This document shows positions 1-14,405 of a stretch of 64,000 nt of DNA, in pieces (positions within the stretch are counted from its first letter, which is position 1; each line of letters opens with the position of its first letter). This stretch comes from Utricularia gibba (lineage: Eukaryota > Plantae > Magnoliophyta). The notes under the pieces were generated by a model. That model saw only the letters and a program-made list of their open reading frames with translations. It was not told the DNA's origin and made no database searches. The stretch is taken from assembly GCA_002189035.1 (NCBI GenBank), contig NEEC01000011.1:1054001-1118000 (forward strand), in the 5' to 3' direction. Position numbers and translations under genes: made by a program.

Positions 1-179
1 AAAGACATTTTGAGCAACCAGAGAGAATTGGAGATACAACATTTTCCCAAACAAGTAGTTTATGAAATATCTTACTTTTGGTGCAATTTATGAAATATCC
101 TTTATAAAGTTATGACTCGATATTTCTTGAGCTTGGATATAGGACCTATGCTGATTGTGAACAAATGTTGGGAAGCATT

Positions 180-600
180 CAAATTGATTGAAGTTGATTC
201 TTGATTTTGATTCCCTCATATCCTCCTACTAGTCTGATGAAAATCTAAAGGGCTTTTGTGCTTTGTTGAGTGAATTGGGTTCTTTTGCATTCATCTTATT
301 ATAGGATCTACTTGGCGCTCAAAGTTCTTTTTCATTTTGTATCAGGTTTATGATTCAATAGTCAGTATTCACCAAAAATGATGTTTGATTTTAATTACAG
401 ATTTTATCCTTTGGAATGACTCAAAAACGATGACATGTCTGCATATGAATAAGGTGTTATGTGGTTTAGATATAGAATAGTATATGCCAATATGCCATTT
501 GGTTTATCTTTTGTACATGCCAGCACGAATACACGTTTACATTCCATATTCTACAATCCTACATTTTATCCCTAGCCTTGACCATTTATGTCTCAAACGA
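180..600 (-). mobile_element. Highly degenerate Ty1/Copia integrase C-terminal / pre-RT remnant
   Basis: Minus-strand translations GIKCRIVEYG and FICRHVIVFES resemble Copia KCxFLGY and ISRDVVFDES, followed by EPNSLNKAQ (EPxTxKEA-like). Many stops and frameshifts; bounds approximate. Confidence 0.3.
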
Positions 601-740
601 ACATATGATCTACAATATGATGTCAGCTATCTAATTTTCAGCATCATACACTATGTGTGTTGAGATAGTAATCCAAATGCTTCATCATCGAGTCTATTCA
701 CTTTCTTTCCAAAAAGAATCCTTTTTTTCTTTCTTACACT

Positions 741-3700
741 TGTGAGACATCAACATTTCATCTAAAGTTTATACAAGAAATGAGGGGAAAAGGAAATTAA
801 TTAGGTGGAAATGGTTGCAGCAATGTGATAGCTGCCTTTTGGGGCAATAACATTGTTCAAGGTGGCAAAACCGGGTTAAGACATCATAGCATTGAGGATA
901 AGGATCATTTGAAATGGTACAATATGAAAATAAAGTTTTGAACCTCTTCTAAACCCCAAAAAATTGTAAAACACTTAGGACAGCAAATAAAAAGAAAAGG
1001 GGAGTAGTCTGCATGGTTGTGAGAATAAACTCGTGGTGAGCTGATTGAGTGTCTTAAAATCCTAAATTTTTGCAGGAGCGAATACAGATATAATGGAAGG
1101 TTCCAATGTTGGAACCATCGAATTTAGTCAAGTGTAAGTGGGATGATAGGTTTTGGGATACTTCTCAGTGTTTTTAGTTGGATAATGCAATTATGTGATT
1201 GACTTTATCTTCTATCACTTTTTTGTGCTTATTTACTATGAATTTCGTTATGTGATGAATATGAGTGATCCTTGAGTTAGGTTTCTTATTCAAAAAGGTT
1301 TGCTCCATTTGGATCTTAGTTCAGGAAGTTTTGGTATTTTTATGAAAGTTCAAAAGTTTAGTCCATCCAAGAACTATTTTTCTCAGTCCATTTTAAAAAT
1401 TCATAACACTCTGATGCTATTTGATTCTACAGAACACTTTAATCTTTAGCTTTCCAATGTTTTAAAATTTTTGAACTTGGAAAAGGTTTCCAAAAGTGAG
1501 TTTTTCTATAAACATATTTTGCTGCTCTTAATTGATTTGTGGTGCAAAATGCTATGACTGATTTAGAAGCCTTTGAAAAAGCTGTAGACGCACAATTATT
1601 TATGTAAAGTCTCCTTTGAGACAACTCCATATGGAGTGATAGCCACCAGATGATTCGAGGTTGAGTAAATGAAAGGAAATCTTTGATAGGCTTAAATCTA
1701 GTGAGTTTGGTGAAGGGGATGGCTCTCTTTTATTGATTTCACAAGGTTAAGGTTAAACAAACTTATTATCTTCAATTTCTAAGGTTGTCAAACCAAGGTT
1801 ACTGAGAATAAAAGGCTACAACTATTGATAACACGTGTTTTTCAGTATTCTAGGACTATAAAAAAAGTAATATTATGTTATAAAATTAAGATTTAATTCA
1901 GTATTTCTGTACTTTTGTGATTAGCAATGTATTTACATGTTTTTATTCCAGATTGGGACTAAATTCAAGATTTAGCCCCAATCTATGTTTTAATCATTTT
2001 CTTTTAGCAATGTAGTACCTTTTTCAGCATTTTGAATCCCAAAGTTGAAACTGCATAGTAAAGATGGCAGAAAATGAGGACAAAAGGAAGGAAAGAGAAA
2101 CAAAAAATCTAAGAAGAGGAAAAATGAAGATTTTGAAACAAAAAAAGGGAGAGTGGGGAGAGAAAAATATCTCCCCATTGGAGAACACGCCAAAGACTTC
2201 TGGGGTGAAGATTTGGAAAGAACTTATAGGAAGAAGAGCGAAGACAACCTAAGGATGAAGCTTACACCTGAAGATATCCTTTTGTTTCTCAAGAACAATA
2301 TTACCATACAAGAATAACCTACGACATTTTTTAGCTTTTTGCGTGAACTTTTTACATTCGGTTCTTGTTTGTTTCCTTGTTATCAAACTGTGACATAGAT
2401 ACAATGTGGATGATGTTTTATGTTCTAGTTTTATTTACCTTCAGCGTGAATGGCTAAATACACGTAATGCCTTAGGGTAGAAGGGGGTGTACATGATCAT
2501 TGCTCATTAGACTACAATAGCTCAATAATCAAACCATTTCCTTATCAAATTAGTCAAATTAGGGTAGATTCAGGAGGGGGAAGTGGTTATATTCATCATA
2601 AACAACCTAACTAGAGGTACACCAAAAGTTAGGAAAATCAAGAGTTTGAGTAAACTTGAATCCTTGTATTGTTAGATGATTATCAACTTAGGGGGTTAAG
2701 TATAGTAATGATTATCTCACTTCAGGAAGTCTTAAAGCATTGCATTACCTTATTCTAATTAGTAGTTGAATCTGCCTATTATTTCTTATTGTATTTTATC
2801 GTAAACCTATCTTACTCTTAATTTACACTAAATCTTTCAACTATGATAAAAATAGCATGCATCAATCTTCACACAACAAACACATAGCTTCTTGTGATCA
2901 ACTCTAATTTACTATGCTCATATTTTTCGTATGATTAGTTGTGAATTAGGTTTATAAATTTATTTGATAGAAGAATTTTCAATTTTAACAACATTGCATA
3001 ATTTTTCATTTATCAACTATATACATAAATGCTCATATAGTTAATGAACTCATATTTACTAAATGTTTCATGTTTTATATGGTTTCTTCCCTATATTGTT
3101 TTGCATTGGAATGATATTGATTTCTCTGCATACTTCTATTATTACTTGAATGTGTTTCAGTGCTTGACTAGTAAAAGCCATTTTAGGTGATCAACGGGAG
3201 AGGGAGGACTAGAAGCTATGATCTAAGTCTTAGGCAGCATTTAGTTGACATGAATATGGTGGGGTAGGTTTATATTAATGAGGATTAGATAAAGTAGAGT
3301 GAGGTGGGATACAATTTTTGATTGTGTTTGGTTGGTTAGTAAGGGATAATTCACTGCTCGTGAATGTTTCCAATGTAAGTAAAGTAGCAAGTGAACCGAA
3401 AATAGTTACCTGAAGGAGATAATTGCTCGAGCAAAAAGTATTAACATCTTATGGGCTATACTCACCATTGCACTCGAAATCTTTGATCGAAATGAAACCT
3501 ATTACAAAGCCTAGATTCGAATTCCCCAAATCGCATATACAAAAGAATAGATGATAAAAAATGAAGATGAACGTGGAGTGAGGACAAGGTAAGTTTGGAA
3601 AAATCATATTGCAAGGTAGATAAAGTTGAGGATGGGTGGCTACTTTATATAATTCCACCAAGAAGGGTTTATCAAATCCGTGTATGAACCCAAGATACAT

Positions 3701-3930
3701 AAACTTGCAAACCAAATACAGTAATATTTAATACCTATTAATTAATCCCTTCTTATACCCCCAACTAACTCAGTTTCTTTCATTTTGCTGAGGAAAGCCA
3801 TTTTGGGTGTCTTCCATATGTATGCTTAGAAGTGTCGTTGAGGCTGGTGTCAGTTTTAAAAGTGATGTCATGCATCTTTAATTTTGCTGTGTGATGGTGA
3901 ACTTAGGTAGCTATGTATGGGGTTGTGTAG
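741..3930 (+). repeat. LTR-like repeat copy A (~1.4 kb unit), interrupted by two insertions
   Basis: Starts TGTGAGACATCAACATTTCATC. Segments 741-1820, 3035-3235 and 3790-3930 align colinearly with the reverse complement of 6650-8080 (e.g. GATCCTTGAGTTAGGTTTCTTATTCAAAAAGGTTTGCTC). Insertions at 1826-3015 and ~3236-3789. Confidence 0.75.
1826..3015 (+). mobile_element. Athila-type solo LTR nested in repeat copy A
   Basis: TGATAA...TTTATCA termini and a perfect 5-bp TSD ACTAT (1821-1825 / 3016-3020). The 3' end resembles the LTR ends at 15684, 30152 and 36859. Confidence 0.85.
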
Positions 3931-4099
3931 AAATTTTGGGTGTCTTCCATATGTATGCATGTTTTGTTGTGTTGTTGATAAGCGTCGATTTTCTTTTAAG
4001 GTGTTGTTCAATGCCTCTACATGATTCATAGTCATTATAATGTGCCCATTATATAACATTATTGGTATTTTATTTTTATTGCTATTATAACTCATTTAA

Positions 4100-5200
4100 T
4101 AAAATTAAAATTAGGTGGAAAATACTTATCAATGCCCTCCATCGTATACTTAGGTCCACTCATGCTTAGAAATGCAATTCACATAATCGTATTTGCTGGG
4201 GCAGTTGGCTCATAGCATACTCATTGTATCATAAAATTCACTATGTGTTTTGTCATATGCAATGCGTGATGTGTCTTACTATTTCTGAAATGGCTTGAGA
4301 CATTTTTTCTAGATAGGACTAAATATTCTTACGAATGTAAAACGTACAAAATGATGCATAGCGTAAGAGGGAAAAGATCGTTTATAATTTTTGTAGGCCA
4401 ACAAAGGTCCTAAATCACGATCACTTATTATACAAACTCCTGATCCTTCTCGGACAACATAGCTATCCCACTTACTACATAAACCAAGATCAATCATCCC
4501 CACTCTTGTGCATGAAAGCATAAATCATAGGGTCAACAAAAATTTTTGCATCAATGACAACCTATAGTCCTATTGATCATACAAGTTTATAACATCGAAA
4601 CACAGTACAAGCTAATCCCATATAAAAAGGAACTCCATCAATCTCATTAGTTTTTATCAAGCATTAAACTAATTTCATAATTAAATATAATTCATCCACC
4701 TGATCCTTATATCCACCTAATATCGAGTGACATGTAATAAAAAGTACATTAATCGTAACAATTTCTATATTAAAGGAACAATTGTTAAACATTATTTGTT
4801 TCAAATTATTTTTTCAATATGAAAAATAATGGTCTTCATCTTACAGTTCCCTATTCTTCATACATATCACTTGCTAATTGATCTCTCCAAACAGTTCGTT
4901 CTCTAGAGTTTTCTATTGTTGAAATATCATCTTCTATATCATTGTCTCCAACATTTTGTCATAATCCCCTTCTACCTTTGCTTCGTAAGGATCAATGCAC
5001 ACCTCCTTATGTATAAAATTTTGTAGGACAGCACAACTCAAAATTATCTGATTCTGAATTCCAATTGAATAAAAGGCCTCATTATGTAAAATGCCTCATC
5101 TCATTTTCATCAAACCACAAACCCTTTCAATTACATTTTCTAGCAAATGAATGTCATATGTTGAAATACTCTCTTGCACTCTAAGGAGCTCTTGACTCTA
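4100..5200 (-). mobile_element. Mutator-like (MULE) transposase remnant
   Basis: Minus-strand fragments IDGVPFLYG and GVCIISDRDLGPLL...HHFVRF match the MULE DDE-domain IDG and ISDRxxG motifs. Frameshifted. Confidence 0.6.
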
Positions 5201-6649
5201 ACACTTGCATGAGGAGTAAAAAATTATTCACAATTTCTATATTTATTATCACATAGATAATAGTAGCCTATACAAACATGAAATAAAATTAATACCATAA
5301 AAACATCATGTAATTTTTTAAAAATAAATAAGAGCAAATCAAAGATACAAAATCAATCATATAAGTGCATATAGAAAAACAAAATCCATAAAACTAGTAA
5401 GGATATAAGAAAAAGTAATCATTGAAACATGTACATACTAAAAATGCAACCTAATGATTGTGTGATAAAAAAAAACCTGTTGTTGATGTATAGAATCTCA
5501 ATATCTATTAGTTAGCCTTTCCAACCAGATAATAATATATATTATCATCACAAATTCTCAAAACATTTATTGTAAGATAGCCTGCCTATTTCAAAACCTT
5601 GGTTGGTCATACATTTTTACATGAATATCAAAATATTACCCATCCAATCCTCCTAGATAATTTTGAAAAAAAATAGAATAAAGAAGTCATGATGCAATGA
5701 CATAGGTCAAAGCAAAGCAAAACCAAAAAAATGATTTAACCTCAAAACAAATGAATTGAGTATTAGGATTTGTAATGTTGATAGGATTAAGATTTTTCAA
5801 TAATATATGATGTAATAAAACTGAAAAAATTGCTGATAGAACGTTATGAAAATATGTATAAATTGTCCAAATTAATCATTTGAAATGATATTTTTGGATG
5901 CTATTTTTATTTTCATGCCCCAAAATTCAAAATATTTTCCAGGTTTTAATTGTCTGTGCTCCCATAGTAGTATACATAACTTCTAAATAATATTTTCAGT
6001 TAATCCCAAATCGACAAAATTGCATGAATAATCCCAAAGGTTATCATCTTAGAAAAATTTGACCCTCACTATTTATGATAAATGACATAATTGATCGTTA
6101 AATTTGGTATCATTGTCGAACTAAGGTGCATACAATGGTGGGACAAGGGGGGATTCAACGAGGACATTAAGTGTCTAGGAGGGAGAAAATATAAGGCCAA
6201 AAGTCTAGTGATGGTATCCCACACTTGGTATGAAAAAAGAAGGGAACGTGCTGAAACATATTGGTTATTCTAATCTTGTAAAACCTTGAAAATTGGGTAC
6301 TTAAAATGAACAATATTATATAAGACGTGCTTGGATTCTGTCCCCATTCATACAATTGATCACCATAGTTTTATTTAAAGTATAAAATTAGTACCCAAGT
6401 TTAATATACTTAGCATAATATGTCAAGGCTCAAATCTGCATCTTATGGTTCTTGGATTCAAGCATTGATGTCATGATTCCAAGAACCATAAAGCTATAAT
6501 ATCCTATTACTTCATACAAAACCTGAATATGAGCTCAAGGCTTCAAATCCACGACTTACAAATGAGATAAGCAACTTTAATACTCTAATGCCATGAAACT
6601 TCAATTAAATACAATTTATTAACATAAGTCACAATAAAACATGATTTAG

Positions 6650-8080
6650 TTTTTCTACACAATCCCACATGTAACTCCCTAAGTTCACCATCTCACAAAA
6701 AAATAAAGGTGTATGACATCAATTTTAAAATTGACACCAAACCCATCGATACTTCTAAGCACACAACACCCAAAATGGTTATCCTCACAATACCTTACCC
6801 TAAGACTTGGATCACATCTCTTAATCCTCCCTCTCTCGCTGGTCACCTGAAATAATTTTTAGCAACCAAGGCATTGAAACACATTCAATGAATGAAAGAA
6901 CTATGTAGAGGAATCAATATCATTCTAATGGAAAATGATGCAGGAAAGAAACCATATATAACATGAAACATTTAGTACATATGGGCTCATTAACTATATG
7001 GTCATTTTCGCGCATGGTTTGTATCCTTTTATTCTCAGTAACCTCAGTCTGGAAACCTTAAAAACTAAAGATAAGAGGTCTATTTAGCCTAAAACTCGTG
7101 AAATCGGAAAAAAGGAGCCACTCCGTCACCAACCTCATGAGATTTCTGCCCCTCGAACATTTTCCTTCGTTTCCTAAACTTTGAAACGTGTGGTGGCTAT
7201 TAATCCATAAGGAGTTGACTCAAAGTATGTTTGATATAAAGAAGTGTACGTCCACAACTTTCCCAAAGGCTTCTAAATCATAGTACTCTGCACCACAAAT
7301 AACTTTTCGAAGACTTTTCCTTATTCAAAATTATGAAACATATATCATTGAGAAGAAAAGGATCAGAGTGTTCTACAAAATCAAAAGCATTGGAATTGAA
7401 CCATCTAGTCATAATTTCTAATTTTTTAAAGTGGACTCAGATAAATAGTTGTTGGATCAACCAAACTTCCGAACAATTTTTCTAAGAATACCCGAACTTT
7501 GTGTACTAAGATCCAAACAGAGCAAACCTTTTTGAATAAGAAACCTAACTTAAGGATCGAGAACATTCATGTAAATCACATATCGAAATTCTCTGTAAGG
7601 AAGCAAAAAAAAAAAAAAAAAAAAGGCAGTAGAACACAAATGCAGTCACAAAATTGCAGAATTAAACAGAAAACACAGAGTAGAATCTTGGAACCCATAA
7701 TCTTGCTTATACTTGACCAAATTCGATCATTCCAAATCTGAAACCTTCCACTCTGTTTCTACTTTGCTCCTGCAAAAATCTAGAATTTTAAGAAACCCAA
7801 TCAGGTCACCGCAAATTTATTCCCACAGGCGTGCAGGCTGCTCATACTTTTCTTCCAACTTGCTATTCGTTACTTTTTTCGGTTTTTGGAGGTTACAAGA
7901 CCTTCAAAGCTTAATTTTCATCCTTATATTACTTCAAGTGATCCTTATCCTCAATAGTGTGTTAATCCTCTTTTGTCACCTTGAGTAACCATTGGCCCAA
8001 AAGGTGGGTACTACATAGATGCAATCGTTTCTTTCCCTCATTCTTTGTCAGAATTCCGGATGAAATGTTGGTGTCTCACA
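6650..8080 (-). repeat. LTR-like repeat copy B, uninterrupted and inverted relative to copy A
   Basis: Reverse complement starts TGTGAGACACCAACATTTCATC at 8080 and has a ...GGGAGTTACA LTR-end-like motif at 6670. Colinear with 741-3930; no clean TSD. Confidence 0.75.
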
Positions 8081-10419
8081 CAATAGGTCCCCAAAGTTAT
8101 ATATTATTAGCATTTATGGTCCCCAAGATTTAACTTACAGCTGCGATCAATCCTCACTATTTAAAACTTATGCATAAATAGTCCCTACTGTTTAAATACT
8201 TTGCATATTTGGTTCTTAATTCAATTTGACATTGTTCCCAATGTTTTGGTTATTGGCAAACATAGTCCCTAGTACAATTACCCAAAAAAAATCAATGTCG
8301 TCCCCATTTCCATCATTTCGTCTCCTCCTCTGTAGTGCTTGCTTGTATAAAAATTGTGTAAAAAAATTAATCTTATTTGTAATTAAAAAATTTTTTGGTA
8401 GATAATGCTATACTGATTTATTATTAATAAGTACATTGATAATAATGATTATTATTGTAATAATGGAGATGATTTAATAAGTTTAACAGTTAGATATATT
8501 ATAACACATGAATACATTGTAAATAATAAAATAGAATTTAATTTACTAGTGATAAAATGAAAACAAATCACAATAATATACATGAAAAAAAAATAATTCA
8601 CATTCTTCCTATCATTTTACTTCTTGTTATCATCCAACATCTCTTTGTAGCTATATCATAATCATTTGTAGAAATTCAAGTTTGTGTACACTCAATCATG
8701 ATATCAATGATATTTTACACCAAGTAACACTTTTGCAAGGTGTTACTTGGTGTCACAAGGTGTTTTATTAGAGTGTGACCGAGTATAACTAGTGAATCCA
8801 CCTCAAACATAGAAATTATCCAATTGAAAATGGTAAAATGGAATATTTATAGAAATTCTTTGCGGACGAATTTTCCTAGATGTCTAAATGAATGGGAACT
8901 AATTATGTCAATTGTTTTAATAATTTATACCAAACTCTTTATGTGAACACTGTGTATGAAATTATTGAAAACTACTTGTGGCAATTTATAAAACAATGGG
9001 AGACCAATTTTGTCATTATGTTGAAACAATGGAGATTAATTATATCAAATCATTTAAACATTTGGGATAAACAATATTTGTTGGGGGCTGATTTGCAAAA
9101 CCTCCACTTGTTTTACAATTTTATCAGAGTAACGATGTTTCCATCTTTTTGGTAATAAATAATGTCACTATAAAAAATACTATACAATTGAGTAAATGCA
9201 ATAGCAAGAAATGCAATTTTTAATTGCTTAAAAACCATAATCATCTACACGAAAATAAAACCCAATAAGAAATTTCATTAAAATCAATAAATTAATATAA
9301 AAAACAATAAGTCACAGCCCCCTCCCCCTCACCCCTCATGAAAAAAGAATAAGCATAACCCCCATATGTTCGATCATATCAAAATAATTATGATTCTATG
9401 GAAAAGATGGCAGACTCTTTGCATGCGATGTGGCAGCAAGTGAATCGGAATGAATCAAAATTTTGGACATTAAAATTTGTTAAAAAATCCTCACACATTT
9501 CCAAAATTGGAACTCCAAGTCTAATCTACTTTAAACCAAAAACCCCTTCCCCAATTACTTTTCCTTTGAAATCCCTAATTTTTCAAAAGATTTATGGGAC
9601 TCATCAAAATCGGTGACGGAAAAAAAAGAAAGAAATGGTAAAGCATATACCACAAAGCATAGACATTAACGGAAGAAACAAATCAAAACTAAACATAGCA
9701 ATAAAACTGGACAAAAAAGGAGTCAAATTACATTTATTTGATCCATTCATCTGAGATGAATCTAATCCATATAGTTCAACAATAGACAAATCGAATTATT
9801 GAATGACAATGTAACGTTGCTCATTTCGACCACTAACTTGAATATGTGAATAAATTAAACACAAAAGTTTTATGAAATTTATAAAAATGAAAAGTAGGAG
9901 TAAAGGGCAAACATAGAAAAATGAGTTTTAAAATACCCAAGTCTAAATGTTTTATAATTGTTGTGTAAAATATTCGTGTATTCTTGAATTTTATAAAACA
10001 TTTATTAATCCTGGTATATGAGTTTTTAGATAGTAAATCCATCTTACCAAACATCTTCTGATTTAAATTGGTTGTTGGGTGCCTGCATATTTGTCAATGG
10101 CGCTTTCCTGACTTTATCTACTAGGGATTATTCCACCAAGATCTAAAGTTACAAAAACCTCAAATACAAGTTCATTTAGAAAACTCTAATAGTATACATG
10201 GTTTGAAGTATTTCGATAAGTTGAAAGAAATAAGATTTAATAAATTTGTTTGGTTGATTGGATAGGATTTGGAGGGATTTGTAAAAAAAGATTGCAAATC
10301 CATTATTTATAGGATTAGAGCATCCTACCCCAAAACTCAGGATTTAATATCAACGTGTGTGAAATCTCTATTGTACACTTGTTCTCCATTATATTCTATC
10401 ATTCCATCTGCATCCCTAT

Positions 10420-12450
10420 TCTTCCTATCCGTGGGAATGGCACTCTTTCTATAGTATTGAATTTTTAAAAATCTGGATGTGATCAATTTTGATTTTGAAC
10501 CAGATGAGTTCTTCCTTTTTATTTTTCTTCCATATAGTATTGTTTGTGGTAAACAAATGAATATTATGTTTTGTCATATTGCACGAGAAGTTGATTTTCA
10601 TTTTTCTCTTTTTACTCCCTTGTATACTTGTTCTATGTCTACTGGACCCTTTTCCATTCCCTCTTACTATCTCTGAATGCATCCCAAGGATGGGGTGTAT
10701 ATGTTAATAAACATTTGGAGATACCCGTGTTAATTATACTTTCTTGTTTTAATGTTGTATTTAACGGTTATAACCATTGTGTAAATAAATCCAATTATAT
10801 CAGCTGGATGAACATTGCTTCAAGAAAAAAAGGTGCATACATTTTGAGTTTCTATATTAGTTTATTTACTTGATTCGTTTGTTGATTCTCATTTGTACAT
10901 GGTGCGCTGGGTGTGGAGATAGTTTCTATATTCGTTTATCGCATGCATACTCACTTGTGAAGATGAATGAAAATACTGCTGAATCAATTTCTTCTATTTT
11001 CAATGGTAGAGCATTCATTGATCGCTCAATCTGCTGGTGTCAATCGCTCTAGTAAACTATTCATTTACCTCATTGAATGACTTTGAGTGGAGACTGAATG
11101 TTTATTTAGCGTTTGGTTCGAAAAACGCATTTGGTTCCTTGTCCTCCGATCAAAAATCCGAAATATAATCTTTGGATTCAAAATGATTATATGGTGATGT
11201 CATGGTTATAGAACTCTATCTCCAGAAGTTTGGTTTCAATTTTAATAATATGTCGAGTTCACATGATCAAGGTTTTCTCTCCAAAATCTCTATGGAAGAT
11301 TGAACCACAGTAGGTTTTATCAGATTCAAAATAATCTTTATCACTTGAAGCAGGGCAATCTTTCCATAGGTGAGTATTACAACAAATAGAGCGGTTTATG
11401 GAAGGATTTGAAATTGATAAATCAGACCTCAAATGTATTAAATGTTTTGCTCTTCTATTTATTTTCAATATGTTTGGTCCCACAAAATTGATACAATTCT
11501 TGCAAGGATTGAATGCAACATATGTGTTGATAAAAAATTAGATCATTGTGTTGGATGAACTTATGGTGGAAGGCCTATTCTATCTTGCTTAATGTAGAAC
11601 ACGAAAAATGCAAGGCATCCAATAGCTCTAGAAATGGTTTTTCTCATGTTGCTATGAACACATGATTTTCTAAAGCTAAAATGGATGGTAACCATGTATG
11701 TGAGCTCACTTGTAACAATTCTTTCACTAGAAATTTTAAGAAAAAGGATGGTCACTTTTGTGATTACTATAAGAAACAAGGACACACACATGAGAATTGT
11801 TTTGTTCTTATTGGTAATTACCCTGCATGGAGGAAGAAAAAGGAGCTATCTTTGGGTAACATTACTAGATAGTCTAATTGTGGCATTTTTAAGATTGCTC
11901 ATCCTAAAGGAAAAAAGAAATCTTATTCTTGTCAAATGGTGCATTTCCCTGATAGACCAATTGATGATTTTTACTCTTGAATATGCTGCCAATCCATCAG
12001 AAGCTTCTATACATTCTCTACAATTTGAATTTTACAAGTTGTGTTCATCAAGGCAGACCGATTTTGGTTCTCTCAATGGTCCATCACAATAGCTTAATAT
12101 GAGCAAGATGCATTTTGTAGGAATAATACTTATTGAGTTGTTTATACACAGCATAGTGGCCAATACCTTTGTTTTTAAACCCTTGAAACAGATAATTGAC
12201 TCTAGAGGTAGTACTCACATTTGCTTTACTATGTATTGAGCTTTTAGAGAACACTGGAAATATTGTTTTTTCCATACACAATAGCTCTTTGGATAGTGTT
12301 GTTGGTCTTGACTCCATTGTCTTGAGGGACAGAATGCAACTACAAAGAGCTATCTATGTTCCCTCCGTTAAATTCAACTTGTTATCTATACATAGGATGA
12401 CCATTGACATGGAATTTTCTTTTCAACTATTTGATAATGGTAGGATTCTG
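10420..12450 (+). mobile_element. Degenerate Ty1/Copia: RNase H end, short LTR-like segment, gag and protease
   Basis: EVDFHF (RNase H-like), EWRLNVYLAFGSKN, YNLWIQNDYMVMSWL*NSIS, zinc knuckle HFCDYYKKQGHTHENCFVLIG-YPAW, protease IIDSRGSTHIC and IYVPSVKFNLLSI. Confidence 0.7.
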
Positions 12451-14280
12451 TAGAACCAGAAATCTCATAAGGTGCTTCTAGTTGGGCAAATTTGTGATAA
12501 ACTTCACATTCTACTAGTTGGGCAACTTTGTAAGGGAGTCCTATAGCACAAGTGTAGAAAGCTAACATCTTAACAAATGAAAGTCTACTAATTGTGTCAA
12601 TCAAAACATTTGGATGCATATGCTTGTCATCTCTTATTCCCCAATCACAATGACAAAAATACACATTCATTGTAACCTTTTCATTTCCAAAAGACCATTG
12701 ATAATTTTTTTGATTACAATTTTCAAAAAAAATTAGCTCTACCATTTTCAACATTTTACATTCAATATTTCATTTATCATAGACCATAGTAGGCCCTCTC
12801 TTTTTTTGTTAAAATGGATGCTTGACAAACCAAGTTCAAAACTTATCGTCCATTTTTTCTAACAAGACAAGGTTTCGAGTATCCTTGATAGTTGCATTCA
12901 CTGACCTCAAATTATTATTTATTAACAATGCACATTTGGAGGATCTATCAAAAAATGCTCAAGACCAATACGTTGGATATATCTCACTCATGTATCCCAA
13001 ACCCTCTTGGTGATATCCTTTAATTTGTTCATTGTCTATTTAAATTGTAGTAAAGTCATTGCTTGAACTGCATCTCACACATGAGCTCTCATGACATTTG
13101 TGACCTATATTTTCACCTTATTTTATAAATTCTTTTATCGTGTAAAAGATAATGACGACCCTAATACAAAGTTTGTTTCCAAATATTAGATTATAATCAT
13201 TATCATAACAACATGATGAATGTAATATATTTGTTGTTGGAAGAATGAAATTGATTCCTGAGATTAAGTCGCTTCCTCTATTTGAGATAATAGTGTGTGC
13301 CTTGGCATTGTATGCGGTGATCCCAACATCATTCACAAGTATTCTTAAAATCATTCTCAACTTTTCAAAAATTCACTACCCACCATGCCTCATGCACGAA
13401 GAAAATATTGCATTATTAGGATTTAATGCAATTATAACAAATTTCTCTACAATTGGTTAAGGATGTGAGTCTCATGCACTCTTACAACTAAGAACTCATA
13501 TATTTGGAGGTCATCCTTAGAAGCTTATGAGTAAATACAACATAACAGTTACTGTATCATAACCCATCAAATATTTTGTGGATCCACTAAATGTAATAAG
13601 TCAAATTTAGTGTTCTCTTAAAAACCACTAACGTTGAATCATTAAATCAAATCTTCCATCATATTCTTTAAAACTTGTAATAAAGTTAAATGAAAAAAAT
13701 TGAATTAACTAGTAACAACATGTACTTCTCCAAAGTATAACCAAATATATGTAATTAAAAATATTCACAAATTTCAATATTAAATAAAAATAAGATATTT
13801 GCTCATGAATATAGTAAACAAAATTTGACATTATAATACATGCTAGTAATACCTTAAGACAAATGTATTCTCCCATACATGTCTTTCATCCATTAGAATC
13901 ACTATGATTGATCTACAACACTTCCACAGTTTTGCCAATACTAAACTTTTTATATTGAGCACAATAATTTCCAAGGCGTTGAAAATGGCTATCACTTACG
14001 ATAGATATCATTTTCATGGCTAAATCTTCTTCCATAATTCTTTTTGAACTAATACATTGATCTTCCAATTTAATTGCACATCAATGACAAAGAATGATGC
14101 TTTCATATGTCGGTAGTTGATATTTTTCTATATGTTTTTCTTAATTAGCCAACTTCCTTTGATAGATTCGTTTGTTTCATGAGGACAGTAGTGCTCCATA
14201 TGTAGTTCTAATTTTCTATAAGCATATCCAATTGCTAGAAAAGTGCCTCTTATCCTCTGAATTTTGATTTTATGAAATTC
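12450..14280 (-). mobile_element. MuDR-like transposase remnant
   Basis: Minus-strand IALNPNNAIF, LRILVNDVGI...TIISNRGSDLISGINFILP and WS*AFFDRSSKCALLINNN match MuDR transposase motifs. Disrupted. Confidence 0.65.
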
Positions 14281-14405
14281 AATTTTGGTTTGATCTTCAA
14301 CTTTATTGATGGTCGTGAGACTTCAAGTATTTTAAGTGAAGACTTGGAATTGTGGGATTTGCAGAATGAAATTATTGTTCCAAGAAGATAGATCTATGAA
14401 ATTAT

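Noticed and set aside
741-8080. Single giant-TIR Mutator element
   Set aside because: The flanks (TCTTACACT versus CAATAGGTC) give no TSD, the arms have TG starts and LTR character, and they are strongly diverged.
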